From: an uncultured virus (IMG/VR IMGVR_UViG_3300020472_000011)
Lineage: Duplodnaviria > Heunggongvirae > Uroviricota > Caudoviricetes
IMG/VR virus record: IMGVR_UViG_3300020472_000011
Location: 1-64,000 of that record
Strand: one strand, 5' to 3'
Length of the DNA stretch: 64,000 nt
Positions within the stretch are counted from its first letter, which is position 1, and the number at the start of each line of letters is the position of its first letter. A program made the position numbers and the translations under genes. This document shows positions 1 through 9,997 of this stretch, piece by piece. Below the pieces are notes generated by a model, which made no database searches, had not been told where the DNA came from, and worked only from the letters and a program-made list of their open reading frames with translations.

Positions 1-209
1 TTGCGAATTTCAAATTCAAGTGAGGTTTTAATCTGAGATATATCAGTGTAGTGGTTTAAGTATTTATTATGGCAGAAAGGGATGTCTAATGCGACCTGTG
101 CAAGGTCAGCACTATATTGTTTGTTCTTGAACTGGAAGTCTACATGACTATCCTCTGTCCACTCTGCTCTTAGTTTGTCAAATTTATTACGAAGGGATTC
201 AAAATTCAT
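1..209 (-). CDS. uvsY: UvsY recombination mediator (partial, runs off the window edge)
   Basis: Manually translated from ATG at 209 (ATGA overlap with the gp3 stop): MNFESLRNKFDKLRAEWTEDSHVDF...ALDIPFCHNKYLNHY. The W..DS...IP..H.KY pattern and position after gp3 match cyanophage UvsY. Confidence 0.7.
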   Translation of the reverse strand, partial: MNFESLRNKFDKLRAEWTEDSHVDFQFKNKQYSADLAQVALDIPFCHNKYLNHYTDISQIKTSLEFEIR

Positions 210-718
210 AAATTAGTGCCAGTTTCTGTCTGTACGTTATATCTTGTGTATTTAAAAACTGCTGTTGCAGTTACATATTCAATGTCTGAAGGGGTAGCAT
301 CAAAGTTAACACCTGTCAATGCTATTGGGAATAACTCTTCAAAGTTGACGTAGAAATTCCCATTAAAATTAGAGGTAAGAACTTGTATTTTTCCTCTTGA
401 AGTTTTATCCAACCCAGATGCATGACCTTCTGTGAGTCCGAAGTCCCTAATCCAATTTTGGATTGACATGTAGTTCTTAAGATCTTCATCGATTAAAAAT
501 TGTACGTTTAGATCACCAAACTGTACACCACCACTACCAGGTAAAGGTATGGAACGAAACTTATTAGGAATCTCAGCAACAGGCATACTAATGTCAGGGA
601 GATTTACTGACTGACAGAAAAAATCTACCCCCGAAAAGAGTTCCAGATCAAACTGAAACCCTACTGGAGATAGAAAATTTCTATTTGTAGGTTGTTCTTT
701 ATACCATTCAGCAGTCAC
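206..718 (-). CDS. gp3: Tail completion / sheath stabiliser protein gp3
   Basis: NRNFLSPVGFQF, FFCQSVNLP, FLIDEDLKNY, FPIALTG...F.YT motifs; T4-like synteny. Confidence 0.9.
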   Translation of the reverse strand: MTAEWYKEQPTNRNFLSPVGFQFDLELFSGVDFFCQSVNLPDISMPVAEIPNKFRSIPLPGSGGVQFGDLNVQFLIDEDLKNYMSIQNWIRDFGLTEGHASGLDKTSRGKIQVLTSNFNGNFYVNFEELFPIALTGVNFDATPSDIEYVTATAVFKYTRYNVQTETGTNL

Positions 719-739
719 ATCAACTTCCCAAGCTACTTA

Positions 740-907
740 CTATTTATCCTTATACTGATCGGGTGCTCCATTGCCCCATTGTATTTGGTACTCTTCGTCA
801 GATATCTCAGGATTAACTTTCCGTTTTAAAGCGTTAACAATGATCACCACAGAAGCAACTGTTCCTGGTATGCCTACTCCCATCAATACTTTATAAATTG
901 GATTCAT
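740..907 (-). CDS. Small hypothetical membrane protein (55 aa, below ORF-track cutoff)
   Basis: Manually translated MNPIYKVLMGVGIPGTVASVVIIVNALKRKVNPEISDEEYQIQWGNGAPDQYKDK; abuts the upstream ORF stop; one hydrophobic segment. Confidence 0.55.
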   Translation of the reverse strand: MNPIYKVLMGVGIPGTVASVVIIVNALKRKVNPEISDEEYQIQWGNGAPDQYKDK

Positions 908-1120
908 TTAATACCTATGTACCCAGTCCTCAGCAAAATCCTCTGCTTCATTTGTATGTATAAAATCTTTGAATGGAATTTGTCCAGCAAAGGCATTATT
1001 ATTTACAGGATCTGTAGTGTAAACCCTATATTGATAAGGTCTTTGATTAAAATCATCTATCTCAAAAATCTCTGCATGTCTCTCACCAGCATCGCCGATG
1101 TAACTACTTAAATGTCGCAT
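908..1120 (-). CDS. Hypothetical protein
   Basis: 70-aa ORF packed with neighbours; ends ...EAEDFAEDWV, a pattern seen in small myovirus ORFs. Confidence 0.65.
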   Translation of the reverse strand: MRHLSSYIGDAGERHAEIFEIDDFNQRPYQYRVYTTDPVNNNAFAGQIPFKDFIHTNEAEDFAEDWVHRY

Positions 1121-1358
1121 ATGCCTTTTTAATATTTGTTACTGCATTTGGATCACTTGCTATGCCGTGATCTTGAGTTAATATCCACCAGTCACAGAAC
1201 CTATAAAGGTTTGCTGCTACAGGTACTTCAACATCGACTAAGGTTGTCATGAGAAAGGTTCTCAATTCTAAGATTTCATCTGTTAGAGGAATCTTTTCTG
1301 CATCAGCAGGATTAAATCCGTTTGGATTAAAAATCAGTGGTTCAGTAGTGGTATTCAT
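1104..1358 (-). CDS. Hypothetical protein
   Basis: 84-aa ORF overlapping both neighbours in an operon-like arrangement. Confidence 0.6.
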   Translation of the reverse strand: MNTTTEPLIFNPNGFNPADAEKIPLTDEILELRTFLMTTLVDVEVPVAANLYRFCDWWILTQDHGIASDPNAVTNIKKAYATFK

Positions 1359-1506
1359 CGAGGATGTCCAGTGCGTCGTTTAGTGCTTGTTGTGCTGCAT
1401 TCCTTTCTTTCTCATCCCAATCACGATGCCAATTTTTGTTGGCAATACCGTTTTTGATTTTCAAAAGTCTGGATGTCATATCAACTTTAGATATTCTACC
1501 ATTCAT
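1342..1506 (-). CDS. Small hypothetical protein (54 aa)
   Basis: Manually translated MNGRISKVDMTSRLLKIKNGIANKNWHRDWDEKERNAAQQALNDALDILDEYHY; fills the gap after the gp23 terminator. Confidence 0.6.
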   Translation of the reverse strand: MNGRISKVDMTSRLLKIKNGIANKNWHRDWDEKERNAAQQALNDALDILDEYHY

Positions 1507-1531
1507 ATTCTATTACCATCTGTCGAAGTAG

Positions 1532-1564
1532 GCCAGTTTATAAAGTGGCATTTCCATTATAGTA
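1532..1564 (-). promoter_or_regulatory. TATAAT -10 box followed by an 18-bp imperfect palindrome upstream of the small-ORF cluster
   Basis: Minus strand reads ...ACTATAATGGAAATGCCACTTTATAAACTGGC; GCCAGTTTA|TAAAGTGGC (1532-1549) has 8 of 9 pairs complementary. Confidence 0.45.
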
Positions 1565-1572
1565 TGTATCAT

Positions 1573-1600
1573 AAAAAAAGGGAACCCGAAGGTTCCCTTT
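1573..1600 (-). terminator. Intrinsic terminator after gp23
   Basis: Minus strand GGGAACC-TTCG-GGTTCCC-TTTTTTT: C(UUCG)G tetraloop hairpin plus U-tract. Confidence 0.92.
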
Positions 1601-1622
1601 GTCATAGTTCTCAGATAGAGAT

Positions 1623-3005
1623 TTACATTAGGTTCTCAACCTGAACACGTCTGTAGTACTGGTTCCTGTTAGCAGTAAGTGTTTCTGCATCAGGTGTACC
1701 ATTAGCCTGTGTTACAAATGGGTTTGCAACCATGCCGTAACGTGTCTTAAATCCAATCTTGGGTTGGAAGGTGTCTGGACCTATGCTTCTAACCATTTGG
1801 AGAGGAACATAAGGACAGTAGAACAGACCAGCGTCATAAGGAGAAGTTCCTTTGTATCCTACAACGTAGTAATGCTTGTCAGCAATGTTTGCAGAATAAG
1901 GATCAACGTATACCTTAATACGTCCGTTCATTGTACCTACAAGTAGGTTTCCAGTGTCATCAACTTCACCGATGGAAGGACCACCAGCACCAGTAAGACC
2001 TGAAGAGTAGTCTAGAGTACCAGACATAGCAAGAGCACTAGCAACGTCAGCAGATGTGACGATGAAGTTACCCTTCCCACGACGAGTTTCCTGTGCGATT
2101 GCGTTGGCATCTCTTTCGACTTGGAACATAAGTCCTTTGAATTTCTCAACTGACCATCTTCCGTTTGAGTCTACGTCTAAGTCAAAACGACCAGCGTTTG
2201 CTACGTTATTAGCAGCACCAGGTTTTGCAATTGTGTAAACTGTACGTACAACCTCACGGTTGATTTCAGCAAGGATCTCACTAGAAAGAATGTTAGCAAG
2301 TTCTTGCTCTGCATCTAGACCGTGAATAGCTTTCAAGTCTTGGGCTAGTTCTAGAGTGTACTCTGCCTTGAGGGCTCTGGACTGTGCAGTCACAGCAGTC
2401 TTCTCAATGCTGAATGCCATCTCACGGAACTGAGTTGTTTCTCCCAATTCTTCAGCAACGTTACGAGCCATTGGCTTAACACCACGCTCATAAGTTCCAG
2501 GTGATGCGTCATTAAGTAGAGCAGGGTTCGAACCATCTGTTGCATCGTTAGCAGGGTTGTATGCACCCTTACTTGCGTCTGATCCAGCAGAGAAGTTTGA
2601 ATCTGGCTCGTTGTATAATGCTTCGGGGCCAGTACGTGTTTCGTAGTGAGCCTTCATTGCGAAGATAAGTCCAGTAGGACCACTCATTGGTTGTACACCG
2701 CAGATATCGTATGCAACTAGGTTAGGCATAGCACGACGAATCAAGCTGATTAGAACTGGGTCGAAACCAGCTAATCCACCTGTTTTAGTGTCGAGTCCAC
2801 TACCAGATAGTGCGTTACTACCGATAGCACCAGCAGCGTTCACTGCTACCTCGTTGAGCATTCCACGTTCTTCACGTATGAATTTCTCTTGGTTTTCTAA
2901 CAGTACAGCAGTAACAGCCTTTCTATAATTGTCTTTGATGGGAGTAGACCCTTCATGACTTAGAACAGGTGACCACTTTTCCGTTAGAGCTTTTGCGTTA
3001 AACAT
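1623..3005 (-). CDS. gp23: Major capsid protein gp23
   Basis: DPVLISLIRRAMPNLVAYDICGVQPMSGPTGLIFAM, SRALKAEYTLELAQDLKAIHGLDAE, FQPKIGFKTRYG. Confidence 0.99.
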   Translation of the reverse strand: MFNAKALTEKWSPVLSHEGSTPIKDNYRKAVTAVLLENQEKFIREERGMLNEVAVNAAGAIGSNALSGSGLDTKTGGLAGFDPVLISLIRRAMPNLVAYDICGVQPMSGPTGLIFAMKAHYETRTGPEALYNEPDSNFSAGSDASKGAYNPANDATDGSNPALLNDASPGTYERGVKPMARNVAEELGETTQFREMAFSIEKTAVTAQSRALKAEYTLELAQDLKAIHGLDAEQELANILSSEILAEINREVVRTVYTIAKPGAANNVANAGRFDLDVDSNGRWSVEKFKGLMFQVERDANAIAQETRRGKGNFIVTSADVASALAMSGTLDYSSGLTGAGGPSIGEVDDTGNLLVGTMNGRIKVYVDPYSANIADKHYYVVGYKGTSPYDAGLFYCPYVPLQMVRSIGPDTFQPKIGFKTRYGMVANPFVTQANGTPDAETLTANRNQYYRRVQVENLM

Positions 3006-3044
3006 TTGTTTAATCTCTGTTAAAAGTGTTTTATATTATTAAAA

Positions 3045-4208
3045 TCAATTCCAGCGATTTAAAGCGTCTAGATAGCTACCCATTGCTGGAGAGACATCTT
3101 CTGCTTCAACTGGAGCTTCGTCAGATACTTCGCTGACTTGAGCCTTTTCTTTAGGGAAATATGACTCTTTAATTGTGGTGAGTTTCTTGGAATACTCTTC
3201 CTCTGATTTAAACTCAACACCCTCAGCGAGAGCTGATAGTTTGTCCTTCTGAGTATCTGCTAGTCCTTCTGAAACTTGTCTCAGAATAACTTGTGCAGCA
3301 GACTCGTTAAGACGATTCTGAAGTTTCACATTAGCTTTGACCTGTTCGTCAAGGCGTTCTTCCATCTCACGAATAGAGTTAGCCATACTTTCTACCGCAT
3401 CCACTTTGTCGTCTGGGATAGAAATGTAGTGCTCTTCAAAGAGATTCTTCAGACCTGAAATAAAGTCTTCTGTAATCTCATTTCTGATTCCACGATCAAC
3501 GGCGAGTTGGTTCTCTTCCAACCATTGATTCACGGCGTAGTTTACTGTACCATTAACTTCTTCATTGAGTTCTGCCTTAGCAGCAGTGAGCTTCTCTTCA
3601 TGCTCTTTGGTAAAGTGTACTACAAGCTTGTCGTACTCTTCAGTAAGTTTTGCCTTGACAGCAGCTTCAAAGATAGTCTTTGCTTTCTCGGCAAACTCTT
3701 CAGAGAGTTCTGTTCCCTCTAGGAGGGCTTTTACGTCGTCAGATAATTCAACTTCTTCAAACGATGGTTTGATTGGGTACTGTACATCTGGACCTTTAGT
3801 AGTTCCGTGTGTAATATCACCACTGTATGCATGGTAACCTGCATCGTCGCCACCTTTACCAGATGGAGATGCTGCACTACCGTCTTGTGAGATAGGAGCA
3901 GCTGCTTTAGCACCAGGATTCTCCTCACCTTTCTCCTTCTTAGCATGAAGTGGTGGTGTAGATGATCCTCCCAAATCATTTACTGATTGACCATTAGCAA
4001 CTGATGGTGGTACTGTTGGTGAAGAACCAGATGGTTCATCTTTGCCTGTACCTTTCTGTTGGGGATCACCCGAAACCTGAGAAGGATCGCTACCTGTACC
4101 AGGTATAACAGTTGCAGTAACTGTTGGCATAGGATCTTGATACTCTTTGAGAACATCCTTTTGCTCAGATGCGAATTCCTCAAACTTTTCGTTTAACATG
4201 TCTGACAT
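3045..4208 (-). CDS. gp22: Prohead core scaffold protein gp22
   Basis: LSEEFAEKAKTIFEAAV, EDFISGLKNLFEEHYI, IKESYF; lies between gp21 and gp23. Confidence 0.95.
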   Translation of the reverse strand: MSDMLNEKFEEFASEQKDVLKEYQDPMPTVTATVIPGTGSDPSQVSGDPQQKGTGKDEPSGSSPTVPPSVANGQSVNDLGGSSTPPLHAKKEKGEENPGAKAAAPISQDGSAASPSGKGGDDAGYHAYSGDITHGTTKGPDVQYPIKPSFEEVELSDDVKALLEGTELSEEFAEKAKTIFEAAVKAKLTEEYDKLVVHFTKEHEEKLTAAKAELNEEVNGTVNYAVNQWLEENQLAVDRGIRNEITEDFISGLKNLFEEHYISIPDDKVDAVESMANSIREMEERLDEQVKANVKLQNRLNESAAQVILRQVSEGLADTQKDKLSALAEGVEFKSEEEYSKKLTTIKESYFPKEKAQVSEVSDEAPVEAEDVSPAMGSYLDALNRWN

Positions 4209-4250
4209 TAGTCTTCCCGTAAATTTGAATTATCTATGTTTATTTATTAA

Positions 4251-4895
4251 TTATAAGCCTTGTAGGAAGTTGTTGAACACTTGAAGTGTTCTCTCCTCTA
4301 GGTTTTGACGAGTTGCATCGTCGATGTAACTCTTATATTTAGCAACCTTAGTCTCCTTAAGTATGCCGTTATCCCAAGCCCACTCTTTACCTTCCATGAT
4401 TCCATTCACGAAAGCATCGGGTGCGGAGGGATCAGCAACTATGTCTGCTGCTGTTGCTAACATGAAGTCATCACAGACGACATTAACATCTTCACGCTTG
4501 TCAATTGAACCCATACCTCTAGATGATACACCAAGTTTTACACCTTCACCTAAAAGTGATGATGCAATTTTACCCATAGGGGTGTCTAGGATTTGTGCTC
4601 TTCCGATGAAGTTAGTACCTTCAGCAGCAAGCGATGTGATTCTGTGGGAAACACGGTCAAGGTTAACAGTAGGACCATCAGGATGACCCAACTCCCCAAG
4701 AGCACGTGATGTTTTAATGTACTCCTCATTATATCTACCTACCTCTTTCTCTAGAACTGAGAATGGATACATGCGTCCATTGCGATTCTTAAGTTCAGAC
4801 TGAAGGAATACTCCCTCAATGTACAACTTCTTAGAATCACCTTTACCTTCGGTAATTACATTAACGTTTTCAATCTGTTCCGTTATCAGTTTCAT
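4251..4895 (-). CDS. gp21: Prohead protease gp21
   Basis: MKLITE, NRNGRMYP, ALGELGHP, LGVSSRGMGS, ADIVADPSAPDAFV. Confidence 0.98.
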   Translation of the reverse strand: MKLITEQIENVNVITEGKGDSKKLYIEGVFLQSELKNRNGRMYPFSVLEKEVGRYNEEYIKTSRALGELGHPDGPTVNLDRVSHRITSLAAEGTNFIGRAQILDTPMGKIASSLLGEGVKLGVSSRGMGSIDKREDVNVVCDDFMLATAADIVADPSAPDAFVNGIMEGKEWAWDNGILKETKVAKYKSYIDDATRQNLEERTLQVFNNFLQGL

Positions 4896-5097
4896 TAGGT
4901 GGTTCCTCTACTGGTTCATCGAAAAATGTTTTGGCTACAGTTTGCTTATAGTTACCCATAGCATCTGCTGCACGTGCATACAATAAATCTTGTATAGCAT
5001 CAATCGCTTCAGCCCTTTTATTATTCGCTATCAAATCAGCTGTATCAAGCACCGCTTCAGGTGGTTGCTCAACTGGATCTATCACTGGATCTGCCAT
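4870..5097 (-). CDS. Small acidic head-associated protein (gp67/gp68 position)
   Basis: 75-aa acidic ORF between gp20 and gp21. Confidence 0.65.
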   Translation of the reverse strand: MADPVIDPVEQPPEAVLDTADLIANNKRAEAIDAIQDLLYARAADAMGNYKQTVAKTFFDEPVEEPPNETDNGTD

Positions 5098-5118
5098 AGT
5101 ATTTACATAGTGTGTTTA

Positions 5119-6840
5119 TTATTTAGTTGTTTTCTTAGGTTTAGATGCGGAGGCAGCAACTGGTTTAGGCTGGGACTTGATTTTCTGTAACTCTTTCTTA
5201 TGGTCATCATCAGCTCTTGCCTGATCTAACACTGCTTGATTGTCCTGTGCAGCAGCATCAATCTCTGGTTGGTAAGCAACGTTTTGACGATCCATTGTAT
5301 CCAATGTTGTAACATCAATAGGATCCATAGCAAGACCAGATTCGATCTCTGCATTCATTTGCTTATCAAGTTCCTTATACTCTGTTTCATTCTGTTGTAG
5401 AATCTGTCTACGGATATGTTCAACAGAGAAATACTTACCTACAAATGGATCCATCTGTGCTACCATTGCCATTCTCTGAGTAACCATCTCAAGTTCTTTC
5501 AACTCATTGAAATGATTATCAAAGAGCCAGTCCCACTGGATATGCAATTGCATATCATCCCAGTCTTCTGGAGTGATTACTCCCTTGAGAATAAGTTGTG
5601 TCTTGAGTATATCGAGAAATAGTTCTCCAAATCTTTTACGTAAACGTCCAATGAACTTGGTGAACTTAAGTTCGTCTCTAAGGACTTCAGTGGTTTTACC
5701 CAAGTTGAATCCCTTGTTATCATCTGTGAGCCTGGAAGGAGGAAGATTGAGGCTATTATAAAGTTTCTTCCTAAAGTACTCAACATCTTTGAGTTCTCCT
5801 AGATTCTGTCCACCAGGTAAGGTGGTGATCTCAGTTCCACGACCACCCTCTCTACGAGGTAACCAAAAATCTTCTAGCATACTCATATGCTTTTTGTCAT
5901 CACGTATCTCACCAGTCTTTGCATCGTAGACTAGTTTGTTACGGTAACGTGCCATTACATCACGAAGGTATTGTTCCGCTTTTACTTTTGGAAGGTTACC
6001 TACATCGATGTAGAATATTCTACGTTCAGGAGCACGTGACAATCTATAGATTACAAGAGCATCCTCAATCATCCTTAATTGGTTTAAGGATTTGATTGCT
6101 TTGTGTAAGAAACTTAGTACAAGTCTTTTGTTTAAATCCTGTAGTCCAGAATTAACAAAAGTGATTGAGTCAACAGCAATCTTGATGCCTTGATTGTTGG
6201 ACATATCACCAACAGGACCAAGAGCACCACCTCTGAGGTATCCTCTAGGGTTATACAACCAATAGTCTACAAACTCACCCCACTCATATGCTTTAGCGGA
6301 TTGTTTCTCTTCTGGAGTTAGTGTTCTAGCGTTGCTTGATAATTTTTGTCTGACCTTCTTGATCTTAAGGGGATCAATGTATCTCAATTCTAAGATACCC
6401 TTCTTTGGAGCAGCAAGGTCTATTACTTTGTGGTAAATTAGTTTACCATCTACATACCAATTTCGAATAAGCTCATGTGCTCTCTTCTCAAAATTGAGTA
6501 GTTGTTTTATATGATCAAACTCATCACGGATCTTATTCTTGACACCCTTTCCAACTTCAAGGTTATCTAAGTTGATCTCTACACAACTATCATTTGTATC
6601 ATTGACTACAAATTCATTCACAATCTCATCAACAGCACTGTCCACCTCTGGGTGGAGAGCCATGTCTCTATAACGACGAATGAGTTCAAACTCATCTCTG
6701 GCACTGTTGTCCATATCGACATAAGTACCAAAATAACCCCCTGCAGCTACTGCAACGGGTTCGTCAGCAGAAGGAGGAACTGGAGATTGACCCTTCAGTT
6801 CCTTCTTCCTATTAATTTGAAAGCCAAATAACTGACTCAT
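5119..6840 (-). CDS. gp20: Portal vertex protein gp20
   Basis: LRMIEDALVIYRLSRAPERRIFYIDVGNLPKVKAEQYL, EDFWLPRREGGRGTEITTLPGGQNLGE. Confidence 0.99.
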   Translation of the reverse strand: MSQLFGFQINRKKELKGQSPVPPSADEPVAVAAGGYFGTYVDMDNSARDEFELIRRYRDMALHPEVDSAVDEIVNEFVVNDTNDSCVEINLDNLEVGKGVKNKIRDEFDHIKQLLNFEKRAHELIRNWYVDGKLIYHKVIDLAAPKKGILELRYIDPLKIKKVRQKLSSNARTLTPEEKQSAKAYEWGEFVDYWLYNPRGYLRGGALGPVGDMSNNQGIKIAVDSITFVNSGLQDLNKRLVLSFLHKAIKSLNQLRMIEDALVIYRLSRAPERRIFYIDVGNLPKVKAEQYLRDVMARYRNKLVYDAKTGEIRDDKKHMSMLEDFWLPRREGGRGTEITTLPGGQNLGELKDVEYFRKKLYNSLNLPPSRLTDDNKGFNLGKTTEVLRDELKFTKFIGRLRKRFGELFLDILKTQLILKGVITPEDWDDMQLHIQWDWLFDNHFNELKELEMVTQRMAMVAQMDPFVGKYFSVEHIRRQILQQNETEYKELDKQMNAEIESGLAMDPIDVTTLDTMDRQNVAYQPEIDAAAQDNQAVLDQARADDDHKKELQKIKSQPKPVAASASKPKKTTK

Positions 6841-6867
6841 AATATTAAAGTTTTTTACTACCGTAAT

Positions 6868-6875
6868 TATTTATA
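6868..6875 (-). promoter_or_regulatory. T4-type late promoter upstream of gp20
   Basis: Exact TATAAATA on the minus strand, intergenic. Confidence 0.8.
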
Positions 6876-6889
6876 CGATAGAAAAAAGT

Positions 6890-7474
6890 CTATTTTATGA
6901 TGTCACCGTTCTTGGCATCACCTTCTTCAACTGTCCAGTATGAATATTGGAATTCAACTGTGAACTCTTCAATCTGATCATTGCTATCATAAGCAAGGTC
7001 GATCTGAGAAACACTAGCAGGAAATGCATACCATAGTTTGTACTTCCTTAAGTTTGATCCTTTATCGCTTGCGTCTTTTTCTATCTGTGTAACAAATAGA
7101 TCAGCAGTGTAGCGTTGACCTCCTTCAGCAGGGTTGAATGCCTCAGCAGTATTACCCTCATGAGAATTCATCTTGTTCAACCAAGTCTCAAAGTAACCAC
7201 GAGTCTTCATGTCCTTATCGTTGATGAAGGTTGCAGTCCAGTTGTCAAATGTGCGGTCTCCAGCAATCTTAACTGACCTACCTCTAAAAGGAACTTCAAT
7301 TGTTCCTAGACTAGATGCAGGTAGTGCTGCTGATTTACACATCATGTTAACCAGTTTGTTGTCAACTGCTAAACCTAGAGATGGAAATGCAATCTCCACC
7401 TCAAACATATTAGGTTTAACACCTTGAGCAACCTTAGCCAGGAATTCTGAGACGTTACTCGATATATTTGCCAT
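6890..7474 (-). CDS. gp19: Tail tube protein gp19
   Basis: PNMFEV, CKSAALPASSLGTIEVPFRGR..KIAGDRTFDNW, IEEFTVEFQY. Confidence 0.97.
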   Translation of the reverse strand: MANISSNVSEFLAKVAQGVKPNMFEVEIAFPSLGLAVDNKLVNMMCKSAALPASSLGTIEVPFRGRSVKIAGDRTFDNWTATFINDKDMKTRGYFETWLNKMNSHEGNTAEAFNPAEGGQRYTADLFVTQIEKDASDKGSNLRKYKLWYAFPASVSQIDLAYDSNDQIEEFTVEFQYSYWTVEEGDAKNGDIIK

Positions 7475-7511
7475 TAGTCTTGTCCTCTGTTTTTATATTT
7501 AGTGTAACGAA

Positions 7512-9911
7512 TTAGCGTCCGACTACTTCAGCGAACGAAACACCAGTACGTGTTGCAGTAAATGTAACTGTTACGTAGTTGATTGAACGAGTTGGCTTCA
7601 GGAATAATTCTGCAACAAACTCATTGCGATCAATAACATCAGGTGTGTTATTAGATGTATCGCAAACAACTAAGAAATCAGTTAAACCTTGTCTTGCTTG
7701 AACTTCATTCAAGTAAGAGTTAACAGCAGCACTGAAGTTTGAACGTGTAAGTTCATCGTTAAGTTCGAATAGAACACCTTTGGCGAGGTTCTCTACTCTA
7801 GACTCAATGTTGAGGAATAGTCTACGAACATTGATTCTGTCAAATGCAGATGGTGAAGCGAGAGCAGTCTTGTCACCGAATAATGTAATACCACTTCCAG
7901 AAACAGAAACAACTGGGTTGATTCTATTCTGATAAAGTTCATCTCTATCTGCCTTAGATGGGTTGTATGCTAGTTTAACAGCATTACGAATTCCACCTCT
8001 GGTCAATCCAGCAGGAGAGAACCAGTCATCTGTTGCAGTTGATGTAGCAACACATAAACCAGCAATGTCTCCGTTAGTTGGGATGTAACGATATACATCG
8101 TTAAAGCGGTCATAGATGTACTTGTATCCACTATCGAATACTCCATATGATGTGGAGGTTAATCCACTGAAGAATCCGAGAGTATTATCTTTTTGCTGTC
8201 TAGCAGTCAAAGCACCAGATGTACCGATTTGGTTTCCTCTGTAAGGTGATACATATGCAATTGCGTCCCTACGGCCTGCTGCAATAGCAAGTACCTTAGC
8301 TGCCTTTGTCTTTGTATCTGCTTCAGTACCTAGTGATCCACCCATGAGGATGAAGTTAACATCAGTATTCTCATCATCAGCAAACTCATCATATGCTGAT
8401 GCAATTTCTCCAGCAGTATATGAATAGTCATCAACACCAGCAGTTAGTGTTACTTCAATAGCACCACCAATACCAAGTGCTCCAGATACACTACCAGAAG
8501 CAGCGTTCCATACAGCACCAGATACTGTTGTTGCTAAAGCAGCACCATGATAGACATAGTTTGACTCAGCATTGATAATTGACTTGTAGTATACATTTGC
8601 ACCCTCTGTTGATTTTGCATCAGAGAGTTTTGAAAGATATGTGAGACGTTCAACGATTGTGCTAGAAGCACCAGATACATCACCAGTTGTGTCAATCACT
8701 GCTACATGCACTTCGTCTCCAGAAAGACTTCTATCAGCAGCAAATGCAGATGTACCAGGACGAGGACCGATTGCACTCAACTTAAGTCCAGTACCAACAA
8801 TTTCTGTATTGGTATACCAGTCACTAACAGAAGAGATTGCAATCTGTGTATCAGTTACAGAAGCGATGTCGAATGTTGCATCAGCACCACCACCAGAAAC
8901 TGTGACTGTATCTCCTACAAGATATCCAGTACCACCAGCGTTGATTGTGACAGCAGTTACAGCACCAGTTGCTGCATCGACTGTAAATGTTGCGTTTGAA
9001 CCACCACCAACGATTGTTACTGTTGCACCAACTGTGTATCCAGTACCAGCAGTATTGATTGATACAGTCTGAACAACACCACCAGCGACAACAACGTCAA
9101 CTGTTAATCCTGTACCACCGCCACCTGTAGTAGCAATGTTAGCACCAGTTGCATAAGCAGAACCACCAGATGCAAGTGTGATTGCACTTGGAACACCAGA
9201 TCCAACTGTTACATCAACTGTTAGTCCAGATCCAGATCCGCTAGTTGTAGCAACTGCTGTACCAGCAGTGTATCCAGTACCACCAACTAATGTTGTAGTT
9301 GTTGCAGCAACACCTGTATCAGGAATATCTAGTGTGTCAGAAGTTGTAATCTTAGTAGAGGGGTTTGTTAGAACCACAGCAGCAGTCTTGGTTCCAGGAA
9401 CCCATGAAAGAACTTTTGCTGTTGCACCACCAGTAAATGTAACTGTGTCATCGACACCGATACCAGCAGGTGTTGCTGCGAATGTTAGATACTGATCAGC
9501 ACCACTATCAACAACGACTACCTTAAGTGAGTTACCTAGACTACCAGCAGCACGTGCTACAAACTTTTTAGACGAGCCTGTGCCTCCTTCCCAATCAGCA
9601 GTGTTCTTAACTAGAACTGTTGGACCTGCATCAACAGCATTAGATGCTCCTGTTTCTGCACGAACAACTGCTAGTTGTCCACCATATCCCAGAAACTCAG
9701 ATGCAACAAACCAGTCTTCTGCGTTAGCATCAGTTGGTTTACCGAATACACCAAGTAAATCCTTTTGGTCAGAGATTGTAACAACCTCACCAATTGGACC
9801 TTTCTGGAAAGTTGAAGCAAATGCTGCTGTTTGACTTGATGTGCCAACAACAACTGCGTTGGATAGATCTCTTTCTCTAAGAACTACACCAGGCGAGATT
9901 TGACTTGCCAT
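7512..9911 (-). CDS. gp18: Tail sheath protein gp18 with an internal Gly/Thr-rich insertion
   Basis: SPGVVLRERD, DSGYKYIYDRFND, WFSPAG..RG, FGDKT...SAFDRINVRRLF, KPTRSINY. Confidence 0.98.
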   Translation of the reverse strand: MASQISPGVVLRERDLSNAVVVGTSSQTAAFASTFQKGPIGEVVTISDQKDLLGVFGKPTDANAEDWFVASEFLGYGGQLAVVRAETGASNAVDAGPTVLVKNTADWEGGTGSSKKFVARAAGSLGNSLKVVVVDSGADQYLTFAATPAGIGVDDTVTFTGGATAKVLSWVPGTKTAAVVLTNPSTKITTSDTLDIPDTGVAATTTTLVGGTGYTAGTAVATTSGSGSGLTVDVTVGSGVPSAITLASGGSAYATGANIATTGGGGTGLTVDVVVAGGVVQTVSINTAGTGYTVGATVTIVGGGSNATFTVDAATGAVTAVTINAGGTGYLVGDTVTVSGGGADATFDIASVTDTQIAISSVSDWYTNTEIVGTGLKLSAIGPRPGTSAFAADRSLSGDEVHVAVIDTTGDVSGASSTIVERLTYLSKLSDAKSTEGANVYYKSIINAESNYVYHGAALATTVSGAVWNAASGSVSGALGIGGAIEVTLTAGVDDYSYTAGEIASAYDEFADDENTDVNFILMGGSLGTEADTKTKAAKVLAIAAGRRDAIAYVSPYRGNQIGTSGALTARQQKDNTLGFFSGLTSTSYGVFDSGYKYIYDRFNDVYRYIPTNGDIAGLCVATSTATDDWFSPAGLTRGGIRNAVKLAYNPSKADRDELYQNRINPVVSVSGSGITLFGDKTALASPSAFDRINVRRLFLNIESRVENLAKGVLFELNDELTRSNFSAAVNSYLNEVQARQGLTDFLVVCDTSNNTPDVIDRNEFVAELFLKPTRSINYVTVTFTATRTGVSFAEVVGR

Positions 9912-9997
9912 GTTTTTAACCCCTATAGATGATTCAAATTACCTAAAATTATTTATCTATAGGAGTATTTTGAGTGGGGAAACAATGCATGAACACT

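Noticed and set aside
3760..4208. Long low-complexity N-terminal extension of gp22
   Set aside because: Typical of cyanophage scaffold proteins; no sign of an intein or insertion element.
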